Positions 13,310 through 23,759 of a stretch of DNA of 64,000 bases are shown piece by piece. The DNA lies in assembly GCA_965601925.1 (NCBI GenBank), contig OZ271854.1, positions 3,296,001 to 3,360,000 of the forward strand. Direction: 5' to 3'. How positions within the stretch are numbered: the first letter of the stretch is position 1; each line of letters begins with the position of its first letter. This DNA is from Alkalispirochaeta sp. (lineage in GTDB: Bacteria; Spirochaetota; Spirochaetia; DSM-27196; Alkalispirochaetaceae). The notes beneath the pieces were generated by a model, which saw only the letters and a program-made list of their open reading frames with translations, made no database searches and was not told the DNA's origin. Position numbers and translations under genes: made by a program.

Positions 13310-14851
13310 ATGAGGAATGCATCTCAAAAGATGTTGCTCGTCGGCTTGGTGATTATCTCTTTGATAATCTTTGTATCAGCCGGCGCTCAAGAAGAGCAGG
13401 CGGGCAAAGGACAGGATGTCGAGACCTTGGTGGTCGGTATGCCGGGTGATCCCCGTGCTCTCGATCCACATAGAACCAACGACCAGCCTTCCGCCCGTGT
13501 CATGAAGCAAATTTACGACACGCTTTTCTATCAGACGCCGGACTTGGAGATTACGACAAACGGCTTGGTAGACAGCTACGAGGTTATCAGCGATACCGAG
13601 TATCGTTTCACGCTTCGCCAAGGTGTACAGTTTCATAACGGCGATGAGCTAACCGCCAGTGATGTTCAGTTCACCTTCGAACGAATGCGCGAGGTCAATT
13701 CACCCGGCGCGTTCCTCGTCGGGGCGTTGGATCGTGTCGAGGTCATCGACGACTATACCTTCACGATGTTCCTGCAGTTCCCCTTCGGACCCTTCATTAC
13801 GCATCTCGCCCATCCGGCGACTGCGATTCTCAATCAGCGCGCCGTGGAGGAGGGTGGCGAAGAGTATACCCGCAACCCCGTCGGTACCGGCCCCTTCAGC
13901 TTCGTCGAGTGGCGCTCCGGTGACTCCGTCACGCTCGAGCGGTTTGACGACCATTTCCGCGGTCCCGCCGAAAGCGAGCGCGTGGTATTTCGCATCATCA
14001 CCGAGGACACTCAGCGCACGATCGCGTTGGAAACCGGCGAAGTCGACCTTATCTACGACGTCGGACCCAACGATTTTGATGCAGTGCGGGATCTCCCCGG
14101 CGTGATAAGTTTCCAAACCCAAGGACTCACGACGTTCTACATGGGTTTCAACGCTCAGACCGAGCCCTTCGATGATGTTCGGGTTCGTCGTGCGATTAAC
14201 CTCGCTCTCGACGTAGAGGCGGCCACCGACGTAGCGTTCCGCGGCTTTGCTACCGTTGCTAGCGGTCCGTTGCCCTCCACCGTGCAGTTTGCCAACTCCG
14301 AGCTTCCCGGGTACGGATACGATCCCGAAGAGGCCCAGCGACTCCTCGCCGAGGCGGGGTACGCCAACGGGTTCTCGACGTCGATCTGGACCAACGATAA
14401 TCCCGTGCGCATCATGTACGCGGAGATCTTCCAGGAGCAGCTACGCGCCGTCGGTATCGATGCCAGCATCGAGATCGTCGAGTGGGCGCCGTACCTCGAT
14501 CGTACCGCTCAGGGTGAGCACGACATGTTCATGCTCGGTTGGGTCGCCGTGACCGGTGACGCCGACTACGGTCTCTACTCGCTGTTCCATTCCGACGAAT
14601 GGGGCGACGCCGGTAACAGGACCTTCTGGGGCAGCGACGAGGTCGATAGTCTGCTCGTAGAGGGCAGAACGAGCCCCGACCCCGCGGCCCGCGAGGCGGC
14701 GTACATGCGCGCTCAGGAGATTATCTTTGAGGAAGCGCCGTGGACCTTCCTGGCATTCCGGGACGATTTGGCCGCCACACGCGACTACGTCGAAGGATTC
14801 CAGCCCCACGCGGCGGGCCACCACATCCTTTACGGCGTACGAAACCGCTGA
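13310..14851 (+). CDS. Peptide/glutathione ABC transporter substrate-binding protein (family 5, DppA/GsiB-like)
   Basis: LDPH, FTLRQGVQFHNG, PVGTGPF, DVRVRRAI, YDPEEA motifs; signal peptide without lipobox Cys. Confidence 0.93.
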   Translation: MRNASQKMLLVGLVIISLIIFVSAGAQEEQAGKGQDVETLVVGMPGDPRALDPHRTNDQPSARVMKQIYDTLFYQTPDLEITTNGLVDSYEVISDTEYRFTLRQGVQFHNGDELTASDVQFTFERMREVNSPGAFLVGALDRVEVIDDYTFTMFLQFPFGPFITHLAHPATAILNQRAVEEGGEEYTRNPVGTGPFSFVEWRSGDSVTLERFDDHFRGPAESERVVFRIITEDTQRTIALETGEVDLIYDVGPNDFDAVRDLPGVISFQTQGLTTFYMGFNAQTEPFDDVRVRRAINLALDVEAATDVAFRGFATVASGPLPSTVQFANSELPGYGYDPEEAQRLLAEAGYANGFSTSIWTNDNPVRIMYAEIFQEQLRAVGIDASIEIVEWAPYLDRTAQGEHDMFMLGWVAVTGDADYGLYSLFHSDEWGDAGNRTFWGSDEVDSLLVEGRTSPDPAAREAAYMRAQEIIFEEAPWTFLAFRDDLAATRDYVEGFQPHAAGHHILYGVRNR

Positions 14852-14874
14852 TTCATATCGTTACAGTTTCAAGC

Positions 14875-14903
14875 GACCGTCGGGCTTCAATGGCCCGGCG
14901 GTC
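14875..14903 (+). other. Intercistronic stem-loop after SBP gene (mRNA stabiliser/partial terminator)
   Basis: GACCGTCGGGC-N7-GCCCGGCGGTC. Confidence 0.6.
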
Positions 14904-14973
14904 CTTCGGGAGTGAGCTCGTTCCGCGTCCATGGCGACGGTCGAGGCACTCTCAAGTCGAAGGTACAGTTTAG

Positions 14974-15900
14974 ATGCATAGATATATCTTTCGCCGCGTC
15001 GTCCTGTTGATTCCCGTTATGTTGGGAGTCTCGTTCGTCGTATTTACGATCATGTTTTTCACACCGGGCGACCCGGCAAGTATTCTCTTGGGCGAGCGAG
15101 CACCCCAGGAGGAAGTTCAGGCGTTGCGCGAACAGATGGGGTTGGACGATCCCTTTTTCGTTCAGTACGGACGGTTCATATTTAATGCCTTGCAGGGCGA
15201 CTTAGGGCGATCTCTTACTACGAGACGGCCCGCATCCGTGGAGTTGTTCGCTCGTTTTCCCGCGACGTTACAGTTGGCGGCGGCGGGTGTCTTTATCGCG
15301 GTCTTAATCGGAATTCCGATCGGCATCGTATCCGCGACGCGTCAGTACTCTCTCTTTGACGGCGCGTCGATGGTCGTGGCGCTGATCGGTGTGTCGATGC
15401 CCAATTTCTGGCAGGGCATTATGATGGTGCTACTCTTCTCGATTTACCTTCGCTGGTTTCCCTCCAGCGGATACGGGACGTTTGCCCACTTGATCATGCC
15501 GTCCCTCACGATCGGCACCAGCTCAGCGGCCACAATCACTCGCATGACCCGTTCCAGCATGCTCGAAGTCATCCGCCAGGATTACATTCGCACGGCTCGC
15601 GCGAAAGGGTTGAGTGAGCGAGTGGTGATTTCGCGCCACGCCCTCAAAAACGCTTTGATCCCGATCGTTACCGTAGTCGGCCTCCAATTCGGGTTTCTCC
15701 TTGGAGGAGCGGTGCTTACGGAGACGATTTTCTCATGGCCCGGCGTCGGGCGGCTCATGGTGGACGCGATCCGACAGCGCGATTATCCGGTAGTGCAGGG
15801 AGGTGTGTTGCTTCTTGCCCTTACGTTCAGCATCGTCAATCTCCTGGTAGACGTGCTCTACGCGTATATCGATCCGCGCATTAAAGCACAGTACAAATGA
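14974..15900 (+). CDS. dppB: Peptide ABC transporter permease (DppB-like)
   Basis: PGDPA, GDLGRS, RTARAKGL EAA loop, ETIFSWPGVG. Confidence 0.92.
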   Translation: MHRYIFRRVVLLIPVMLGVSFVVFTIMFFTPGDPASILLGERAPQEEVQALREQMGLDDPFFVQYGRFIFNALQGDLGRSLTTRRPASVELFARFPATLQLAAAGVFIAVLIGIPIGIVSATRQYSLFDGASMVVALIGVSMPNFWQGIMMVLLFSIYLRWFPSSGYGTFAHLIMPSLTIGTSSAATITRMTRSSMLEVIRQDYIRTARAKGLSERVVISRHALKNALIPIVTVVGLQFGFLLGGAVLTETIFSWPGVGRLMVDAIRQRDYPVVQGGVLLLALTFSIVNLLVDVLYAYIDPRIKAQYK

Positions 15901-15913
15901 ACGGAGAGACGAT

Positions 15914-16873
15914 ATGAACAGTAGATCCGATGGTAGTCTACCGGTGGAGGTGGACGAACGTCACGAGGCGACTCCCGATATCGAGCCTACCGAGGGTAAT
16001 CGCGCGACGGAGAGTCTTGAAGGGCGGCGTAGTCGAACGCAGTGGGCCGAGGTCTGGCGACGGCTCCGACGCAACTGGATGGCGATGTTCGGGCTCGCCA
16101 TTATCATTCTAATCGCTTTGACGGCGATCTTTGCCGATGTTATTGCGCCCTACGATTATCGAGAGCAGAATCTTCGGCTCGTCGCGGATCCGCCGAGTCG
16201 CCAACATATTCTCGGCACCGACGATTTGGGACGCGATATTCTCTCCCGTATCATTCACGGTGCGCGCGTATCGTTGCAGGTGGGCTTTGTCGCGGTGAGT
16301 ATTTCTCTTATCGTCGGCGGGACGCTCGGAGCCTTAGCGGGCTATTACGGCGGCAATCTCGATAACGTAGTCATGCGATTTATGGATGTGCTCCTCGCAA
16401 TTCCTTCGATCCTTCTCGCCATAGCGATCGTCTCCGCCTTCGGCGGCGGGCTCTTGAATGTCATGATCGCCGTCGGAATCGCGACGATTCCCGTGTACGC
16501 GAGAATCGTGAAGGCGTCGGTCATGTCGATCAAGGAGCAGGAGTTTATCGAGGCGGCCCGTGCGATCGGTGCGACCGATTTGAGGATCATCCTGAAGCAT
16601 ATCATTCCCAACTCGATGGCACCGATCATCGTACAGGGAACGCTCGGCGTCGCGATTGCAATTCTCTCCGCGGCGGGACTGAGCTTCATCGGGCTCGGTA
16701 TCGAACCTCCCACCCCCGAGTGGGGTGCGATGCTTTCCGCGGGACGTCACCTCATTCGGCGCGCGCCGCACGTAGCCACCTTTCCCGGACTTGCGATTGT
16801 GATCACGATTTTCGCACTGAACCTTCTGGGCGACGGGCTGCGCGATGCACTCGACCCGCGGCTCAAACGATAG
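15914..16873 (+). CDS. dppC: Peptide ABC transporter permease (DppC-like)
   Basis: HILGTDDLGRD, EFIEAARAIGA, PEWG, GDGLRDALDP. Confidence 0.92.
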   Translation: MNSRSDGSLPVEVDERHEATPDIEPTEGNRATESLEGRRSRTQWAEVWRRLRRNWMAMFGLAIIILIALTAIFADVIAPYDYREQNLRLVADPPSRQHILGTDDLGRDILSRIIHGARVSLQVGFVAVSISLIVGGTLGALAGYYGGNLDNVVMRFMDVLLAIPSILLAIAIVSAFGGGLLNVMIAVGIATIPVYARIVKASVMSIKEQEFIEAARAIGATDLRIILKHIIPNSMAPIIVQGTLGVAIAILSAAGLSFIGLGIEPPTPEWGAMLSAGRHLIRRAPHVATFPGLAIVITIFALNLLGDGLRDALDPRLKR

Positions 16874-16891
16874 TGCGTTGAGGAAGGCAGC

Positions 16892-17878
16892 ATGAGCGAA
16901 GTACTACTTGATATTCAGGATCTCCGGGTAACGTACAAGACCGAAGAGGGAATCGTCGTCGCGGTAGACGATCTCAATCTTCAGCTCAAGCGTGGCGAGA
17001 CGCTTGGGCTCGTCGGCGAGACGGGAGCCGGAAAGACGACGACCGCGCTTTCGGTGATGCAGTTGGTGCCCGATCCTCCGGGTACCATCGAAAAAGGTCG
17101 TATCATATTCGACGGCGAAGATCTTCGGGAGAAGAAAATCGAAGAGATTAGGCGGATCAGGGGAAATAGGATTTCCATGATCTTCCAGGATCCCATGACC
17201 TCTCTTAACCCGGTTCTTACCGTGGGATTCCAGATCGAGGAAGCGATTGCGCTCCACCAGCAACGGACGCAAAAACAGGCGGCTCGACAGGCCCGCGACA
17301 TGCTCAAAATGGTAGGCATTCCCGAGGAACGCGCTGGAGATTATCCCCACGAGTTCTCCGGCGGGATGCGTCAACGTGTGGGAATAGCCGTTGCGCTCTC
17401 CTGCAATCCAAAGCTGTTGATCGCCGACGAGCCGACCACCGCATTGGACGTCACGATTCAGGCACAGGTCCTGGATTTGATGCGTCGACTACGCGACGAG
17501 CTGGGGACATCCATGATCTTGATCACCCACGATCTGGGTGTCGTCGCCGAGGTGTGCGACTCCGTTGCGATCATGTACGCCGGAACGGTGGTAGAGACGG
17601 CCGATACAGAGCGCCTGTTCAATAACCCCAGACATCCCTACACGAGAGGACTCTTCGGATCGATACCCAGCCTCGACGAGGAGGTGGCGCGCTTGGAGCC
17701 GATCAAGGGTATCATGCCCGATCCGACGGAGTTACCGTCGGGATGCCGCTTTCATCCCCGCTGTCCGAAGGCCGAAGCGATATGTGCCCAACGAACTCCG
17801 GTGATGGTGGAAGTAGAATCCGAGCACCACGTGGACTGTATGATCTACGAGGGGCTGGTAAGCGATAAAGAGGATTGA
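16892..17878 (+). CDS. dppD: Peptide ABC transporter ATP-binding protein (DppD-like)
   Basis: GETGAGKT, FSGGMRQR, ADEPTTALD, C-terminal oligo_HPY domain with Cys. Confidence 0.92.
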   Translation: MSEVLLDIQDLRVTYKTEEGIVVAVDDLNLQLKRGETLGLVGETGAGKTTTALSVMQLVPDPPGTIEKGRIIFDGEDLREKKIEEIRRIRGNRISMIFQDPMTSLNPVLTVGFQIEEAIALHQQRTQKQAARQARDMLKMVGIPEERAGDYPHEFSGGMRQRVGIAVALSCNPKLLIADEPTTALDVTIQAQVLDLMRRLRDELGTSMILITHDLGVVAEVCDSVAIMYAGTVVETADTERLFNNPRHPYTRGLFGSIPSLDEEVARLEPIKGIMPDPTELPSGCRFHPRCPKAEAICAQRTPVMVEVESEHHVDCMIYEGLVSDKED

Positions 17879-18892
17879 ATGTCGATAGAGAATAACAACG
17901 GCGAACGCCCTCTGTTGGAGGTACGAAATCTCAAGAAGTTCTTCCAAACGAAGCAGGGGACTCTGAAGGCGGTCAACGATATCTCCTTTGAAGTGAAGCG
18001 CGGAGAGACGCTCGGAATCGTCGGCGAGAGCGGATGCGGAAAGTCGACGACCGGAAGGGCTGTACTGCGTCTCGTGGAGCCGACCGCCGGCGAGGTCCTT
18101 TTCGAGGGCGAGGAAACAACGGCATTCAAAAAGGACCGCGTCCGCGCATTTCGACGGGACGCGCAGATTATCTTTCAAGATCCGTTTGCATCGCTCGATC
18201 CGCGTCTCAGTATCTCCGAGATCATCGGCGAACCGTTTGAGATCTTTCGGCTCTACAACAAGCGTGAGCGATATGAGCGCGTACAGGAACTCATGGCCCT
18301 CGTCGGGCTCAGTACGAAGCTGACCAACAGTTTCCCCCACGAACTGGACGGCGGACGTCGACAGCGCGTCGGCGTGGCCCGCGCGTTGGCGCTGGAGCCC
18401 AAGTTCATCGTGTGCGACGAACCGGTTTCGGCTCTTGACGTATCGATTCAGGCGCAGATACTCAACCTTATTCAAGATCTTCAGGATCGGTTGAGCCTGA
18501 CGTATATGTTCATATCTCACGATCTGAGCGTCGTGCGTCACATCAGCGATCGCGTTGCGGTCATGTATTTGGGAAAAATCGTCGAGATCACCACGTATCA
18601 CAACATCTTTACCCGCCCGCGTCATCCGTATACGCAGGCGCTCCTCTCGGCGATACCGATCCCGAAGTACAATGCCAAGCGCGAGCGCATCATTCTCGAA
18701 GGCGATGTGCCGAGTCCGGTCGACCCACCCAAAGGGTGCATCTTTGCCGGCCGCTGTCCCTTCGTCATGGACAAGTGCCGCGAAGCCGCTCCCGCGCTGG
18801 TCGCCACCGAGGAGGGGCACTATACCGCTTGTTATCTGGTGCACCACCAGGCCGAGCCGACCGAATCGGCCTCAGACGACGCCGAACGCTAA
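17879..18892 (+). CDS. dppF: Peptide ABC transporter ATP-binding protein (DppF-like)
   Basis: GESGCGKS, LDGGRRQR, CDEPVSALD, HPYT. Confidence 0.92.
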   Translation: MSIENNNGERPLLEVRNLKKFFQTKQGTLKAVNDISFEVKRGETLGIVGESGCGKSTTGRAVLRLVEPTAGEVLFEGEETTAFKKDRVRAFRRDAQIIFQDPFASLDPRLSISEIIGEPFEIFRLYNKRERYERVQELMALVGLSTKLTNSFPHELDGGRRQRVGVARALALEPKFIVCDEPVSALDVSIQAQILNLIQDLQDRLSLTYMFISHDLSVVRHISDRVAVMYLGKIVEITTYHNIFTRPRHPYTQALLSAIPIPKYNAKRERIILEGDVPSPVDPPKGCIFAGRCPFVMDKCREAAPALVATEEGHYTACYLVHHQAEPTESASDDAER

Positions 18893-18908
18893 TGTTCAAT
18901 GGGACCGG

Positions 18909-19442
18909 TTACCCTGGAGACTCCTCCAGGGTAACCTGAAGGGCATCGGAGAGCTCCTTCGCGAGCGCTCGCAGGTGCTTGTGTCCGCGCAATGATTCGG
19001 TTCGCACGACAGGTCGTGCTACGTCGGCCGGCTCATCGTCGTCGCGTTCCTCGACAAATTCCAGTATCAGCTGAACATAGCCGCGCTGGAGACGCGCGAG
19101 CGGTATCGAGGCGGTCTGCGGCCTGGTGTACGGCGCTCTCGAGCGGATCAATATCCTCTTCAGCGTCGATAATCGATAGCGACGCGCGCGTGTAAACAAG
19201 AAGATGCCGGTCCGAGAACGAACCTCGTCGGCGGCGGTATCGAAACGCCAGCGCTCGTCGTAGAGGGTTGCGGCGAGTGACAACAGGCCGATGAACGGCA
19301 GGAGACCCCGCGCGTCCCGTAAACGCACCACGACAAAGAGGATTCCAAGGGTCACGACGCCGAAGAAGATACGCCACCCGTGGGTCGGGTTGAGCGTTAT
19401 GACGCCTTTGGAATCGATCTTGCATTTCAGACGATATATCAT
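18909..19442 (-). CDS. Hypothetical membrane protein (2 TM plus soluble domain)
   Basis: Two hydrophobic segments; start trimmed to MIYRLK. Confidence 0.6.
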   Translation of the reverse strand: MIYRLKCKIDSKGVITLNPTHGWRIFFGVVTLGILFVVVRLRDARGLLPFIGLLSLAATLYDERWRFDTAADEVRSRTGIFLFTRARRYRLSTLKRILIRSRAPYTRPQTASIPLARLQRGYVQLILEFVEERDDDEPADVARPVVRTESLRGHKHLRALAKELSDALQVTLEESPG

Positions 19443-19527
19443 CGCTCTCAGAAGATAGCCGGAGTCACCGAGGAGCCACAAGCGGCAGACGGCGCGCGTC
19501 GCGGTCCCGTCAACCAATGGAAACCGC

Positions 19528-19556
19528 TTGCCAACGCAGTCCGTGCCGACTATGCT
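19528..19556 (+). promoter_or_regulatory. Putative sigma70 promoter of cheW
   Basis: TTGCCA-N17-TATGCT. Confidence 0.6.
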
Positions 19557-19573
19557 AATTGAGGAAGGTATTC

Positions 19574-20053
19574 ATGGCGAATCAGAATGATGCTCTGCAA
19601 TTGGTAACGTTTCAGCTCGGTGCGGAACTGTATGGTGTGGATATCATGCAGGTGAAGAGTATCGAGGAAACAAAAGATGTGCGACCGATTCCCAATTCAC
19701 CCAACTATGTAGAAGGAATATTCAATCTACGCGGTGAGATAATTCCGGTTATCAACCTCCATCGGCGGTTTCATCTCAAGCGGGCCGCGTTGAATGAGGA
19801 AGACGAACTTCTGCGCGGTTTTTTGATCATTCGCCTCAACGGTATGCACATTGCGATCATCATCGACAAAGTTTCGCGCGTCCTGACCGTATCGCACGAC
19901 GATATTCAGCCGCCTCCACAGATGTTATCGGGAATCGGCGCGGAGTACATCGAGGGAGTTGTTCACCGCGAAGAGGGGTATTTGATCATCTTGGATATCG
20001 ACCGGTTGTTCAACATGCGCGAGCTCGCGGCTCTGGAAAGTATTGCGCACTAA
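19574..20053 (+). CDS. cheW: Chemotaxis coupling protein CheW
   Basis: QLVTFQLG..YGVDI, IPNSPNYVEGIFNLRGEIIPVI. Confidence 0.95.
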   Translation: MANQNDALQLVTFQLGAELYGVDIMQVKSIEETKDVRPIPNSPNYVEGIFNLRGEIIPVINLHRRFHLKRAALNEEDELLRGFLIIRLNGMHIAIIIDKVSRVLTVSHDDIQPPPQMLSGIGAEYIEGVVHREEGYLIILDIDRLFNMRELAALESIAH

Positions 20054-20071
20054 GGATATACATTTACTTTC

Positions 20072-21151
20072 ATGATACCTATCTATCGACCTACCATCCG
20101 GCGGGCCGACATGGACGCGGTGCTAACGCGCCTGGTAAACGACGCGATCGGCGTCGGAACCGTATCGCGTGAATTTTCTCTTGCCGTAGCCAAGTATCTG
20201 GGCCGGCGCACCGGTATCTCCATGAGGACCTATCGCGCCGCGTTGTCCGCCTGTCTCCACTCCTTAGGACTGGCCCCCGGGGCGCGCATCGCCCTGTCGG
20301 CCTTGGCTCGCGGTGCGGTCTGGCGCACCATCGAGGATTGCGGTTACACACCGGTCGCCGTCGACACGCAAAAACAGATTCCCGTATTACCCAGTCCGTT
20401 GGACTTCGACTACCAGGCGCTCGAGGTATCGGCATTGTTCGCCGACACGCGCCTGGGATACATCAGCGATCTGGACCACCTTAAGGAGCTACGTCTCCCC
20501 ATCATCGAGGACGTATCCGAAGGCCTCGGCGGTAACACGGGTACCGCGATGGCCGGTGAAGTCGGTGAAATGACCCTCATCGGGTTGGAGCCGGACCATA
20601 TCATCACCGCGGGCGGCGGCACTGCCGTGGTAACCAACAGCACCAAGCGGCTTTCACGACTCTCCTCTTGGGCCGACCACGGCCGCGGCGAGTCACCGCT
20701 GCCCGATATGAATGCAGCTTTGGGCCTGACGCAACTGAAGCAGATCGAGAAATTCGTGGAACGTCGTCGCGAGCTCACCGCGCGGTTTCTCCGTACCGTG
20801 CAACGAGGGCGGCACAGTGTGCCTCTCCAAGACGGCGAGGTCGAAAACGTCTTTCCCGCGCTTCCGGTGCGGTTGGAGTCCTCTCCGCGAGAGGTCGAAC
20901 AGTACGCCCGTGAACACGGCGTATCGGCCGATCGCGCATTTCACGACACCGTGTTGACGCTCATCTCCGCGAGCGATACGTCGGAAGCGGACGAGGCGCG
21001 CGACGAGTCACCGTCGATGGAGGAAGACGCAGGGCGGTCTTTTCCAAACGCGGTCGCACTGGCGAGTCGCATGGTCGTGTTTCCACTCTTTCCGACCCTC
21101 AGTAAGGGAGAGCAAGACAAGATTGAGCGCGTTTTGGCTACCATGCCGTGA
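20072..21151 (+). CDS. DegT/DnrJ/EryC1/StrS-family aminotransferase-like protein lacking the catalytic Lys
   Basis: Fold motifs IIEDVSE, MNAALGLTQL, FPLFPTLS; Schiff-base Lys position reads His (EPDHIITAGGG). Confidence 0.8.
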   Translation: MIPIYRPTIRRADMDAVLTRLVNDAIGVGTVSREFSLAVAKYLGRRTGISMRTYRAALSACLHSLGLAPGARIALSALARGAVWRTIEDCGYTPVAVDTQKQIPVLPSPLDFDYQALEVSALFADTRLGYISDLDHLKELRLPIIEDVSEGLGGNTGTAMAGEVGEMTLIGLEPDHIITAGGGTAVVTNSTKRLSRLSSWADHGRGESPLPDMNAALGLTQLKQIEKFVERRRELTARFLRTVQRGRHSVPLQDGEVENVFPALPVRLESSPREVEQYAREHGVSADRAFHDTVLTLISASDTSEADEARDESPSMEEDAGRSFPNAVALASRMVVFPLFPTLSKGEQDKIERVLATMP

Positions 21152-21162
21152 GTTCCAAGAGC

Positions 21163-21191
21163 TTTACGGCTCTCGTAACGGTAGGTATAGT
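21163..21191 (+). promoter_or_regulatory. Putative internal sigma70 promoter for nadK-recN
   Basis: TTTACG-N17-TATAGT. Confidence 0.55.
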
Positions 21192-21205
21192 GTAGGCAGA
21201 TACGC

Positions 21206-22063
21206 ATGACACACACGATTCGCGCCGTCCTGATCGTTGCAAACACCGGCAAACCCGACGCTCGTCGCATGGCCCGAGATATCGCTTCGTACTGCGAGTC
21301 GCGGGGAATAGCCGTGACGCTCTTTTTGTACGACGGGACGGCGGAAAGTATTCCTGTGAACTCTCACTACGATCTCGCGATCACCCTCGGTGGCGACGGC
21401 ACGGTACTGTTCGCCAGTAGAGTGTTAGCGGGGCACGATATCCCTATTCTCCCGGTCAACCTCGGCGACTTCGGCTTCATCAGTGAGATCGGTCACGACG
21501 AATGGGAGGAGGCCTTTTGCGCCTTCACGGCCGGCGAAATCCAGGCGGGGAGTCGACTGGTGATAGAGGTCTGCGTACGCCGCGACGGCCACGACCACTG
21601 TCGTTTCCGCGGGCTCAACGACGCGGTCGTGACCTCCGAAGGGATCTCGCGCATGGTTCGCCTGACCGTACACATCGGCTCTCAATACCTCGGCGCGTAC
21701 CGATCGGACGGCATTATGGTTGCGACGCCGACCGGATCGACCGCGTACTGCGCCGCGGCGGGCGGCCCGATCCTCCATCCCGAGATGGAGGCGATGATTC
21801 TCAACCCGATATGCCCCTTTACCCTCTCCCATCGTCCCCTCGTTCTCCCTTTGAACGAGCACATACTGATATCGGTCGATTCCACTCAGCGCACCAGCGT
21901 CGCTCTGACGGTAGACGGGCAGAGCCTTACACCTCTGGAGCCGGGAGATGAGGTAGTCGTAAAGGCGAGTGAGAAACGAGCCCATATCATTCGCTCTAAT
22001 CGGCGCACCTTCTACGAGGTGTTACGAAGCAAACTGAACTGGTCCGGGGGGCCTAATGATTGA
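21206..22063 (+). CDS. nadK: NAD kinase
   Basis: GGDGT, NLGDFGF, LND, DG..ATPTGSTAY..AAGG. Confidence 0.95.
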   Translation: MTHTIRAVLIVANTGKPDARRMARDIASYCESRGIAVTLFLYDGTAESIPVNSHYDLAITLGGDGTVLFASRVLAGHDIPILPVNLGDFGFISEIGHDEWEEAFCAFTAGEIQAGSRLVIEVCVRRDGHDHCRFRGLNDAVVTSEGISRMVRLTVHIGSQYLGAYRSDGIMVATPTGSTAYCAAAGGPILHPEMEAMILNPICPFTLSHRPLVLPLNEHILISVDSTQRTSVALTVDGQSLTPLEPGDEVVVKASEKRAHIIRSNRRTFYEVLRSKLNWSGGPND

Positions 22064-23759
22064 GCGGCTTACGGTCCGCAACTTCATTTTGGTCGAGAAC
22101 CTGGAGATTGAGTTCGGCGAGCGATTCAATGCGCTGACCGGCGAAACCGGCGCGGGAAAAAGCATCTTGGTCGGAGCGCTCTCGGTTCTGTTCGGGGCCA
22201 AGGGCGGCGTCGATCTGGTTCGGGGAGGCGCCGAGGAGGCGTATGTGGCCGGCGAGTTTCGCGTCGCCGGCCATACCGCGTGTCTTGCGTGGCTCGATGA
22301 GCGGCACATCGAGCCCGACGACGGAGTCATACTCGTGAGACGGACGATCCGTGCTACCGGACGCGGCACCATCTACATGCAGTCGACGCCCGTAACTCGC
22401 GCGGATCTGGAGCAGTTTTCGAGCTTTCTCCTCGATTTGCATAGCCAGCACGAACATCAGTCGTTGTTCGTAGAGACCAACCATCGTCGCATCTTGGATC
22501 GTTATGCCGGTATCGAGAGCGACGTCTCTGAGTTTTCCGCACTGTTCGGTCGGTTCTCCGAGATGCAACGTCGTCTTGCGGAACTCGATCAGCGCGAGAG
22601 CGATCGTGTCCGGGAGATCGAGATGGTGCGGTTCGCATTAGCGGAGATCGAGGATGTTGCGCCGCAGCCGGGCGAGTTGGAGTCGCTCGAGGCCGAGCGG
22701 CACCGCATGAATGAGTTCGAACGGTTGGCGGAATCGCTCGAGGCGACGATACAACTGCTCGACGGCACCGAGTACGCAGCGTTACCCGTTCTCAAACGCA
22801 TCCGACATGAAATCGGAGTCGTCGCACGGATCGACGGCGAGTTGGACGGCGAGGCGAAGCGTCTGGAAAACACCTACTTCGAAGTAGAGGATATTGCTCA
22901 GACGCTCTCGAGTTATCGTGATAGATTGAACTACGATCCGGCTCGGCTCGACGAGATCGAGGAGCGTCTGGCGTCGTTGCGTAAACTGTTTCGTAAGTAC
23001 GGCGATACGATTCAGGCCGTCGACGCATACCGTGAGTCGTCGCAACGGTCGCTGGAGGAGTTGGAAGGCGCCGAGGAGTCGCGAGAAGCTCTGCGGGCGG
23101 AACGGGTTGCGGCGGAGCAGGAGATCGCGCGTCGAGCCCGTGATATTCACGCCCGGCGCGATGAGGCGGCAGAAAAGCTCCAACGCGAGATCTCCGACGT
23201 CCTGGCGGGCCTCGCGATGGGGCAAGCGAGTTTCGTTGTGGATATCGAGACTCACGTGAACGATGCGGGACGTCTGGTATGCGGCCCGGAGGGCGCCGAC
23301 AAAGTGCGCTTTCTCATTGCCGCAAACCCCGGGGAGGAGCCGCGACCGCTCTCCCGGATCGCTTCCGGGGGCGAGATATCGCGGGTCATGCTCGCGATCA
23401 AGACCATCGTCGCCGCGGTAGACGAGGTGCGGAGTCTGGTGTTCGACGAAATCGACACGGGAATCGGAGGAAAAGTCGCCTTGGCAATCGCATCGCACCT
23501 TCACGACCTGTCGCGACACGGCCAGATCATCTGCATCACTCATCTTGCGACGATTGCGGTTCGTGCCGATAATCATATCGTCGTAGAAAAAGTTGCGGAT
23601 GACACGCGAACGCGCATCGGTGTCCGCGAGTTGACCGGAGAGGATCGTGTTCGTGAAATATCACGAATGCTCGCGGGAGACGTAGAAGAGAGCCACAGCG
23701 TCGGGCACGCCCGAGCTTTGCTCGAGCGTTATCATGGGAGAGCTCATGGCCAAGATTAG
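22056..23759 (+). CDS. recN: DNA repair protein RecN
   Basis: TGETGAGKS, coiled coil, ASGGEISR, FDEIDTG, ITHL. Confidence 0.96.
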   Translation: MIERLTVRNFILVENLEIEFGERFNALTGETGAGKSILVGALSVLFGAKGGVDLVRGGAEEAYVAGEFRVAGHTACLAWLDERHIEPDDGVILVRRTIRATGRGTIYMQSTPVTRADLEQFSSFLLDLHSQHEHQSLFVETNHRRILDRYAGIESDVSEFSALFGRFSEMQRRLAELDQRESDRVREIEMVRFALAEIEDVAPQPGELESLEAERHRMNEFERLAESLEATIQLLDGTEYAALPVLKRIRHEIGVVARIDGELDGEAKRLENTYFEVEDIAQTLSSYRDRLNYDPARLDEIEERLASLRKLFRKYGDTIQAVDAYRESSQRSLEELEGAEESREALRAERVAAEQEIARRARDIHARRDEAAEKLQREISDVLAGLAMGQASFVVDIETHVNDAGRLVCGPEGADKVRFLIAANPGEEPRPLSRIASGGEISRVMLAIKTIVAAVDEVRSLVFDEIDTGIGGKVALAIASHLHDLSRHGQIICITHLATIAVRADNHIVVEKVADDTRTRIGVRELTGEDRVREISRMLAGDVEESHSVGHARALLERYHGRAHGQD

